Assembly: GCF_963853765.1 (NCBI RefSeq)
Contig: NC_088854.1
Location: 13,144,001-13,208,000 of the forward strand
Length of the DNA stretch: 64,000 nucleotides
Direction of reading: 5' to 3'
Origin: Magallana gigas
Lineage: Eukaryota
Under the pieces are notes generated by a model. The model was given only the letters and a program-made list of their open reading frames with translations, had not been told where the DNA came from and ran no database searches. Each line of letters begins with the position of its first letter. Position 1 is the stretch's first letter. Of this stretch, positions 49,385 through 58,787 are shown in pieces. The position numbers were made by a program, and so were the translations under genes.

Positions 49385-51025
49385 CTATTCGTAATGTTCA
49401 TAACTCCCAATATTATGCACTCTTCGTGTCCGTCTCGGAGTGAGGTTCCGGACCGTATCGAAAAGGTCTTGCTTCGGTTTCTTTTCCGACATTGGAGGAG
49501 GTTTCTTCTTCCGTGTACAGCAATGAATGACCAGACAAATCATGGAGGTAATAAACGCGCTCCCACCGGCAGCCGCCACCATCATGTAAATCGTATTCAT
49601 GGAGAACATTCCTTCCGCCGGCTTAGGCGTCGTCTGGTTTCCTGCAGGTGGAACTGGAGTGGTATTTTTAGCTGTCGTCTGCTTAACAGTGGTTGTGGTG
49701 GTGGGTTTGGCGGTAGATGTTGTAGTAGGTTTTTCAGTGGTAGTGGTAGGAGTAGTGGTAGGAGGGGTGGTGGTTGTGGTGGTAGGAGGGGTGGTAGTCG
49801 TGGTGGGGGTACTGGTTGTTGTCGGGGTGGTGGTTGTGGTCGTCGTAGTGGTAGGGGTAGTGGTAGTAGTGGTGGTGGTAGTCGTTGTAGTGGTGGTTGG
49901 AATATCGGTCACGGTCACTTGCATGTTGACCACATTCTGTTTCTTCACGTTGTTGGCCTGAACCGTCCACTGGCCGTCGTCATCAACGTCCAATGACTTT
50001 ATGGTAAGAACACCTGTCTCAGATACTTCGTAATTTGGATTATCATAGTTATAGTACTTCAACTCCGTCCCATCAGGCTTTGTCCAAATGACTTCCGGAA
50101 ATGGGTCTCCTCCAAATGTACACGAAATTTTGAGGCTGGTGTGATATTTGCCGGTACTTGAAGTTGAAGAACAACTTACAGATGCCGGTACACAGGTTAG
50201 CTGGGAGGAAGGGACATTTACAATGGACATGTATTGGAGGGTTTCTGGTGTACTACACGTGACAGATTCCGGTACTGGACTAGGAAGCACTTTTACCCAC
50301 TCCAAGGCACAGGTGCATTTCCAATCGTTGTCATTTAAGTGGATACTCTTTATGTGTGGTAATGGCATTATTGATGAATTGGAAAGTTCCGTAAAAATGT
50401 TTCCGGAAATGTCGATATAAGCCAGATTTGTAAGTGTCTTGGTGAAGCTCCAGTCTAATTGCTTGAGTTTGTTTCCATGAAGGTCTAACACCTTCAACAT
50501 TGGAAGATGGTCTAATAAGCGCTTGTCCAGTTTCTTTAAGCCCATCTCTGCAAGATATAATTCTGTTAATTTGCTTAAATCGTTGAAAGCAGACAATTGT
50601 AATTCAGTGCCATTATTTCCAGACAAATTCAAAACTTTGAGTCTTGTTAACCCCTTTAACGTGTTTTGTGCTATTTCGCCAATTTTGTTGAAAGAAAGAT
50701 CCAGCGTGATCAACGTTGGTGGCAAAGAAGCGCTTGCTATGGATTCTACATTGCTGAAAGCCATGTAAAGTCTCTCCAGTTTCTGGAAGGAATTTAGATG
50801 GCTGCTCTCAATCGACGGAATCTGGTTTCGAGAGGAAAAGGTACCACTCAGTTGTAATGCAGTGAAATGACTTGGCAATCCAGACGGAAAGCTGGTTAAT
50901 CCTGGTCTGCAAATAGCAGAGACATTGGAACATTGGCACTGTGTTGGACAAGAAGTTTCAACCTTCCCAAAACTCACAACAATAAGTACACATGAAATCA
51001 CTATGGCACATTTACTTTCCAGCAT
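49385..51025 (-). CDS. LIG4: intact LRR-Ig-mucin-TM receptor (546 aa)
   Basis: ATG at 51025 (MLESKCAIVIS...), full domain set, tail ending IGSYEHYE. Near-identical to LIG3 in TM, tail and 3' flank. Confidence 0.92.
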   Translation of the reverse strand: MLESKCAIVISCVLIVVSFGKVETSCPTQCQCSNVSAICRPGLTSFPSGLPSHFTALQLSGTFSSRNQIPSIESSHLNSFQKLERLYMAFSNVESIASASLPPTLITLDLSFNKIGEIAQNTLKGLTRLKVLNLSGNNGTELQLSAFNDLSKLTELYLAEMGLKKLDKRLLDHLPMLKVLDLHGNKLKQLDWSFTKTLTNLAYIDISGNIFTELSNSSIMPLPHIKSIHLNDNDWKCTCALEWVKVLPSPVPESVTCSTPETLQYMSIVNVPSSQLTCVPASVSCSSTSSTGKYHTSLKISCTFGGDPFPEVIWTKPDGTELKYYNYDNPNYEVSETGVLTIKSLDVDDDGQWTVQANNVKKQNVVNMQVTVTDIPTTTTTTTTTTTTTTPTTTTTTTTTPTTTSTPTTTTTPPTTTTTTPPTTTPTTTTEKPTTTSTAKPTTTTTVKQTTAKNTTPVPPAGNQTTPKPAEGMFSMNTIYMMVAAAGGSAFITSMICLVIHCCTRKKKPPPMSEKKPKQDLFDTVRNLTPRRTRRVHNIGSYEHYE

Positions 51026-52110
51026 TTTTCAGTAAATTTTGTACTTCCTTAATTTCTGTTCTTTCTTCTTCGTAACCTTTTATCTGTGTGTCGTTTTTCG
51101 CTTTTGCCTCACAATAATTTCGTTCCAATTTTAAGATGTGTCCTTCTGAGGGTTGATATAATGGTAAAGAACGGAGGTTAAAGCGGGTTCTGCTTGCCCA
51201 TTTACCACGGCTTTGCTTTTGATATTCCTCGTAATACGTCATGTCAAAATTAATGAATTTACATGAACGAGACAGAGGAATGCCGGATTAAGACTCTTTT
51301 AAAGAACAACGACGTGATTCAAAGCCATGAATGACTTGAATGTCCAGAATATATCATATTAGAATTTAATGTCTGTGGAAACATAATAAGGGGATTGAAA
51401 AGGTAAGTGAAAATCTTGCTTCGACCAATCATCGCCAAGAATGGGACGAAATGGAAGGTCCTTTGAGTAATGGCAGAAAGATCGGTGCGTAATCTAAAGA
51501 TTTCTATATAGAAAGTCTCTCCTGGATGGCTTCTCTTATTTTCTAATTTTTCATACACTTATTTTAGTTTGCGCCCTAAAAGAACTTGTTGACATCCCCT
51601 AATCTTTTTCTAATGATTTTATTCAGAGGTTACATGATCTATTTACGTAAAAGACATATTTTGAATGATAACAATTTGGACCATTGCCTCTGTTGGCAAA
51701 ATCAACAAAACCACTAGTGACCACGTCAGACATTTTATTAAAAGTAGTATTTTGCCGTATCTAGGCTTAAATTTTCATATGAATTTAAGAGCACATATAT
51801 CGGTCTGGTATGGATTTCAAAGCTAAACTTTCCAACGAGTGGAAAAATAATAAATGCCGTATACTATAGTACATGTATTTTTACTATAATTTGGCATTTT
51901 TGTTTATTTGAGCGATACTTGACTTTTCAATGGAAGTGCGCATGGGAGCAGAAATAAACAACCAATATACACACGAGTATGGATCAGTCAATCTATTTTT
52001 TCTTACTTCTGTGATATTTTTATATGATTCAGTAAGTATCCAAATAATGAGTAGTCTTTAATCTCCCAATCGTAAGTCTTTACTGCTGCTTGTTCTAGTA
52101 ATCCAAAATA

Positions 52111-52571
52111 AAGGAGATGGGTGGATAAGGCGTGTAAAGTGCCCATGGAGTTTTTATGATAATTTTTTTTTATCTCTAGTTTTTTCCCGGCCGGCCCTGA
52201 ACCGCTTCGCATATGTTTCGTTTATGCGTAATATAACTTTATTACATGCACTAAGGTGTTACAAATATGTCTGGTTGAAATATGTTGTATGGTGTGATTG
52301 TAGTATATAAAGTATTTAAAGATTGTGAGTGTTGAAAGTAATTAAAAATAAAATAAATACGGCGTCCAGCGCGCACAACATAGTTACATGTATGTTGTTG
52401 TTTATGTTTATAGTAAGTGAAGTTAATACCTGAAAATAGTTAGAACATGTGCTTTTGCAAACTTCTGTTATAATATATTTGAATAGATTTAATTTGGAAA
52501 AAATAAATTCAAAATTGTATTTCACGACTAAACCGAATGGGCATTTGCGCCATCTTATTCACCATCTTCTT
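52111..52571 (+). mobile_element. ~460-bp MITE-like element, copy A
   Basis: Ends aaggagatgggtggataaggcg... and ...cgccatcttattcaccatcttctt are imperfect inverted repeats. Both ends are shared with 54676-55149. Confidence 0.55.
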
Positions 52572-54675
52572 ATTTTAAAAGATATTCATAACATTTGTAT
52601 TTTCAGAATTAAAAAAGCCCACCAATTGGTTATTGAACTTATTTTCAAATTTGCAGCATAAAGTGAGATTTTATCCTGACATAAGTAGTTAATTAAATGA
52701 ATTTGATAAAATACGCCACATAAACCTTTAAGGATGCTTGAAAATAAAGAGATGACCAATTAGATCTACTTTTAAACTTAGCCATAAACTATAATTAAGT
52801 AAAAAAAACCCAACATTTTAACCATTGAAACTAAACAGTTTGATAAAATATTTTGTTTTTGCACATTGTTCGATCGGGTTATCATTTAGCATAAAATTTC
52901 ATTTTTATGATATAAAAGATACATGTACTTTAATAGATACATTACTTAAGTGAAAAAGACTTGACCCATTGATTTAGCAATACTAGTATTTTATGATTTA
53001 TGATGAAGGTCCTCTGAAATAAACTAATTATTTTAAGATATATTATATTACCTTCTAAATTTTTATCTCCTAGAATATCTCATAGTGTAGGGATAATTTT
53101 ATCGTAAAAAAGTTCCTTACAGCGGATTCTGATCATGAAATAGATATGTAAAAACGAATTATATTTCTAATAAGTTTTAACGTAACATAATAATTAACGT
53201 TTTATCACATTTATTTTCAAACCGTGGATAAAGTGGGAGGGACTATTAGTGCAAGCAGATCCTAGGTTCAAAATGAAGAATTCTGCCAATGTGTTTGCAA
53301 TGAAATGAAATTCAATGTTAACTCTTTCCACTGCGTAATTGATTACGGAGGCATTTCGGTGTAATCTAGGATCACATGCATTTGCCTCTGAAATCCATTT
53401 ATTAGTCATAAGACATATACCTATATGTAAAAAAAGGACGTGCAAAATGCATTAAATTATTTCATATAACCACGACGGGGACAATTTTGGCAATTCCGTG
53501 ATAAAAACGGAAGAAAAATGATGTTTGACGTCCATAAATCAGTCAACGTTACAAAGTTGGGGCCCCCTATGTTGCGATGATTAATGACCAAAACGCTAAG
53601 AAGATAGGTCTAATTGATTGTCCAAACAGCCCCCCCTTTGCCTTATTCTACAAGACACGCGCCTCAGAATAAGACCCGATATAGCAGATTAATTGGACAA
53701 TGGTTGTTTACCGAGGTTATCATATGGAATAAGGTTGACATGGCGTTTCCAACGGATATCGTTAGGTTTCAATTAAGAGTAATTTACGGGACACCTTACG
53801 ACAACGCTTATTTTTCAATCGGTTTTGCCGGCTGAAATGGGAAAACTTTTAACTAATGGCGGTGACGAGAGCTACTTTTTATGGATTAGATTATCGCACA
53901 AACGCATAGCTTTATTCTTTTAAGTCTCCAAGAAATCTGAAATCGATCGATTGATTTGCTCTTAACAATAAATGGAAGAATGATTATTTTTGTAAACAAG
54001 ATAATGTGTTTATTTTCACTCTCTAATTGCCAAATGGACTATAAATTACAAACATACTGTTGCATTGTCATATCATTCCCTCTTATATAGTTGTGAATCT
54101 ATTCATGGAGCTTTCATTTTTTGCATTCTTTATAAAAATTTCACAAGTTGTAATTTTGGGGATATCTATTGCATACCTTATTATCTTATTTTTTAAAGTA
54201 TATGCACAGCATTGGGGTAACTGTATATTTTTGCTAAACCTCTTTCAGTATCATATGAACATAACTGCATATCTTATCATTGCGTACATGTTTATAAATT
54301 TGAAAAGCAAAGGCAATAAAACCTATGAAAAGCCATGTTTAAATCTTTATTCAGTGGTTGATACTATTAAAAATATATATTCCATTTATCTATTACTGTT
54401 GTGCGTACCGTCGAGATTTTGACGTCACCAGGTGCTGGTAAACGATATCAAAGGAAGGTCCAGCTAACAAAATTTCAAAGAATTTTGTTGGTGTTCTTCA
54501 ATAAAAAAAAAGTCCAACAAATATTTGGCTTTCATATCTTTTCAAGATTATTTTCTTATACAATATCTTTATGCAGGAGTACACTCGAGTCCAGCACCGT
54601 CGGAAACTCATGTTCAGTCTTGCATACGATTAATGAACGTGGGACAGCTTGCTGACTTTTTCTCGTTCTCCTAAA

Positions 54676-55149
54676 AAGAAGATGGGGGAATAAGATGGCG
54701 CAAATGCCCATTCGGTTCAGTAGTGAAATACAATTTTGAATTTATTTTTCCCCAATTAAATCTATTCAAATATATTATAATACAACTTTGCAAAAGCAAA
54801 ATTTCTAACTATAGTCAGTTTTTAATATATTTAACAAAAAATAAGAAAAAAAATATTGTCGGAAATTTTGGTGGTATCGAACCCGTAACATAAAAACCCT
54901 AGATATGTAAGGTTAGCTTATGCCAGGTACTCTAACCACTGAGCCATTTCAGACACAACAAAGTGGGCTTTTTAATATTATGTTTGACTAAGACCACGAA
55001 CTACCGGACTTGTATTTTTTTTTTAAAACGTTCAATTGTTGGGATACAAAATGATACTTTTTGAGTATCAGATTTATTGATACTAATTTTTCAGCAGCCT
55101 GTCCGACCGCGAATGGGCATTTTACACGCCTTATCCACCCATCTTCTTT
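54676..55149 (-). mobile_element. ~470-bp MITE-like element, copy B (inverted), with tRNA-like A/B boxes inside
   Basis: Same termini as copy A in opposite orientation. Minus-strand tggctcagtggttag (54946-54932) and ggttcgatacc (54883-54873). Confidence 0.55.
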
Positions 55150-57182
55150 CATGATCTATTCCGATTGGTGCCTACACACTTTCATGAAGGATATCTAACC
55201 AATCTTGGCATTGCTTATGCGTTCATCTATTAAAACAATAACATGTTTTCAGAAAATGATCGCTGTCTGCGTGTTACTTAACAAATAAAGAGTTCCCTTT
55301 GATTAATAGTAAATGGAGAGTTATAAATATTCATAAAAACGAGAAAAAGTTAATAAGAGGGCCCATAGGTCAGTAAGCAAATGCGAGACTGACCGTGGGT
55401 TTCCGACGATGCGATTCCAGTAGGTTTAAATACATGTCATTGAAAAATAGTGACGATCCATATTTCTCAGGTCTTTCAAAAGATTTTTCCAGAATTGAAG
55501 CGAAGTTAGTGTTGTTACATGTTCTTGTTTGTCAGTCGCGCCCGGAAATTGAATCCACGACTTCGCACATTAAACGTTTGCTAGGTTTCCTTAAACTTTG
55601 CGCGAACACTTAGATATGTTTTGCAGGTTTCTGAAATCTATCTTAAAATTTTTAAAGTTGAGTCCAAAATATTTTTTTTTAAATCTAAAATGTTTTCTTC
55701 ACTCTAATGAAAGGATTTGATGAGTTAATTCCTAAATTATAAACCAAAGACTCATATATCAATCTTTTAACCCCACGTATTGACTTAAACTATTATAATC
55801 AGCGGTGTTACACTCCATGTCGTTAATTAAAGTGCAAATAATGTGAAATCAGAATCAATTTCAAATCCGTCTTTTTCAAGTCTCCAGATAGTGCGGAATC
55901 TCTGCGCCGTGCGTGTATTTTTTGGGGGTATAGGGTGGCATGCTATTATAAATAAGCTGTAGCATGTGTTTCCTTCGACGATCTGTCAGAGAGAAAAAAA
56001 TGAAAATTCCGCCAGTTATCGGTGCGTTCACACTTTCTTTGCCATTTTTACGTCGTGGGTTTGAAGTTGCACAATGATGGCGCCGTGTCTTCTCTGTTGA
56101 CACCAGGATACGAGATAAAGACCCACAGTTCTCTTCTTTAAGTCTTGAAAAAAAAAGAATTACGCATTTTCTAATATTAGACAAATCGCTCTTACTGTAT
56201 AAACTTAAGTTTTGATGATTTGCAATAGATTTACTCATTCTTATCAAATAGACACTCTCTTTTTCGGCTCGAATCAGTCTTGGTTTTAATTATTTGTTTA
56301 TTTTGTTAATTGAATAAAAATGTTTTTTAAAAATTTTATTCAAGTACGTCAACGGACTTGATACAAGTTATATCTTATATCAAAATAGGGATCAGGTACA
56401 TGTATTTGTTCTCCTAGTATTCATTTCTTGAAAAGAGGTAAGCAATTTTGATAATTTGTGCATTTATTAGAAAATATCCACATCAACAATAAAAGAAAAC
56501 AAAGAAAACAAAGTATTTTTTGCATCAAATCAATGCACGTAATATGTGGGATTTTTTTTCGCGCACACAATAAAACAAGGATTGACATATTTGATTGAAA
56601 CAAAGAATCTCAGAAATCAAGCTGATAATATCAATGAGAACCCCTGATTTGGACAATGAATAAAATAATCTACATGTAAATTACGACAATGAAATAGAAT
56701 CACACATAATTAAAAAATTTGAATGAACAAACAGCAAAATCTAGTTTCAATAACCATAAAATAATATTTCAAAAGTAAATAAAAACACATATAAGGAACA
56801 AGAATACACTTGTAATTGAATAGCTACACCTATCCTGAATTTAGGATAAACTACCTATATTTGTAACTTTTCAGCAGTGAGGAATCTTTGGTAGAACCAT
56901 GCTATGATAGGTAATGTATCACGTCTTAAATGAAACAGTGAATGTCTATGTTTCTACGCTTGGACTTCTAACAATGATAAATGTGCTATCGACTAGCAAG
57001 TACACTTGTATATTGAGCAAATCTTTAACAATAATAAAATACATGAACAATGTAATTCCACGTAATAAACACCGTCTGACACATAAATAAACCTTGTCGT
57101 GAGTACACTACCCGGAACGTTTTTCCTGCCACATAAAGCGAGTTGTTTTGTGTTTCTATAAATTCGTAGTCTTTTCCCCAAC

Positions 57183-58787
57183 TCAGAATTCGGATAGTGT
57201 TTCAATAATGGTGAAAGCGTTTGTGTTTCGTTCCGCTTTTCGGAAGTCGTAACTTGGTTTTCTCCCCACTCTGTTCTTCTTGACTGGCCCCGAGTAAGGC
57301 TGCCCCGGCGGTTTTTTACAAAACGCAAAGTACATGATAGCAATACAGATCGAGGTAATAAGCAGCGAACTGCCTCCGACTATGGTCAAAATAACGCCGA
57401 TCTTTTCCAGATCGTCTTTAGGTTTGGACGGTGTTTTAGACGCGTTGTTGGTAGTCGTACTTTTTGTTGGAGTTGTGGTTGTGGTGGTTTTTATTGTTTT
57501 TGTTGTGGTCGGTTGTGGTGTCGTGGTCGTAGTGGTGGTGGTCGTAGGAGTTGTTGTAGGAGTTGTCGTAGTGGTCGTGGAAGCGGTCGTAGTGGTGGTA
57601 GTCGGAGTGGTAGTGGTTGTCGTGCTAGTGGTCGTTGTGGTTGTGGTGGTAGTGGTGATGATTCTTACCTCGATATGAACCACCACTTTGATATCATTTC
57701 CGTGTGTGTTCGTGACCGTCAGAGTCCAGTCGCCGGAATCACTCTCGACAGACGATGGAATCAACAGACTTCCGTCCGTGAGCACGATGTGGGAGGAATT
57801 CGTCGAGTTCTTTACTAAAAGTTCTTCACCGCTCGGTTTGTTCCATATAGGATAGGGCCGTGGATCTCCGCCGTTGAATCGACAGTTTACGCGTATTGGT
57901 TCCGTTTCATTCACGATGATCGAAGTCCTTTCGCATGTTGCGTTGTACGGTGGGATACACAGCATTTCGCTGTCTGGGATGAGCATAAGGTTTCTATTTT
58001 CCAGCTTTTTCGGCGAATCACAAATAACAACCCCTTTAATGTTTGTCCATTTCTTTAATGCATTCATTTCACAATTACAATGCCACGCATTTCCGTCTGT
58101 GTACAGGCTTTTCAGAGTGACCATTTGCTGATACGTAAAGGAGGGAAGAGCTATCAACCGGTTTCCCACCAAATCAAGGCTCATCAACGATGCAAAATTC
58201 TCGAAAACTTCGGGTTCGAATTCGACCAGTTCGTTTCCATGTAAATCTAAATGTACAATCTTCCTTGTATTGTAAAATAAATATGGCTGAAGATTACTTA
58301 ACTTCATTTGCCCAAGAAATAGTTCGAATAGATTTGGAACATGTTGAAAGGCATTTTCCTCAATCACGCAATTCTCATTGCTTGTTAGTTCGAGTTTCGT
58401 CAATTTCGTCAATCCTCGGAATGTAGCCTCTTTTACTGAGCTAAGCTGGTTGTCAGACAGATCAAGTGTTCGTAAATTAGAGAGGCTTTCAAAAGCACCG
58501 TCCTCGATTGATTCGATTCCAGAATTGGCTAGATACAGGCGCTGTAATATCGGAAAATTTGCAAAGTCACTCTTCCTTATCCTTGTGAAAGAATTTTTCT
58601 GTGCAGATGTTCCGGAGAAATAAAGGTTTTTCACGGTAGAGGGAATTCCCGAGGGTATGGCTGACAGCCCACCGAAACATTGTACAAGCGAGTCCCCAAA
58701 CAAACACCGACAGTCAGACGGGCAGCCAGCAGAAATCTCAAATAACACAACACAGCCACAAAAAATGGCAACAATTCCCCGCTCCAT
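57183..58787 (-). CDS. LIG5: divergent LRR-Ig-mucin-TM receptor (534 aa)
   Basis: ATG at 58787 (MERGIVAIF...). CPSDCRC LRRNT, the same number of LRRs and the same atypical repeats as LIG1-4, WHCNC LRRCT, Ig, Thr stalk and TM. Confidence 0.92.
   Translation of the reverse strand: MERGIVAIFCGCVVLFEISAGCPSDCRCLFGDSLVQCFGGLSAIPSGIPSTVKNLYFSGTSAQKNSFTRIRKSDFANFPILQRLYLANSGIESIEDGAFESLSNLRTLDLSDNQLSSVKEATFRGLTKLTKLELTSNENCVIEENAFQHVPNLFELFLGQMKLSNLQPYLFYNTRKIVHLDLHGNELVEFEPEVFENFASLMSLDLVGNRLIALPSFTYQQMVTLKSLYTDGNAWHCNCEMNALKKWTNIKGVVICDSPKKLENRNLMLIPDSEMLCIPPYNATCERTSIIVNETEPIRVNCRFNGGDPRPYPIWNKPSGEELLVKNSTNSSHIVLTDGSLLIPSSVESDSGDWTLTVTNTHGNDIKVVVHIEVRIITTTTTTTTTTSTTTTTTPTTTTTTASTTTTTTPTTTPTTTTTTTTTPQPTTTKTIKTTTTTTPTKSTTTNNASKTPSKPKDDLEKIGVILTIVGGSSLLITSICIAIMYFAFCKKPPGQPYSGPVKKNRVGRKPSYDFRKAERNTNAFTIIETLSEF

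Noticed and set aside
51012-51558. Two short minus-strand ORFs directly upstream of LIG4
   Set aside because: No recognisable domain, and one overlaps the conserved promoter motif. Not supportable as exons without transcript data.
30413-58623. Plus-strand Val/Gly-rich and other ORFs antisense to the LIG and protocadherin genes
   Set aside because: Shadow frames of Thr-codon repeats and LRR codons, repeated in each paralog only because the sense strand is conserved.
58641-58650. Perfect kappaB palindrome gggaattccc
   Set aside because: It lies within LIG5 coding sequence (SGIPS codons) and is probably coincidental.
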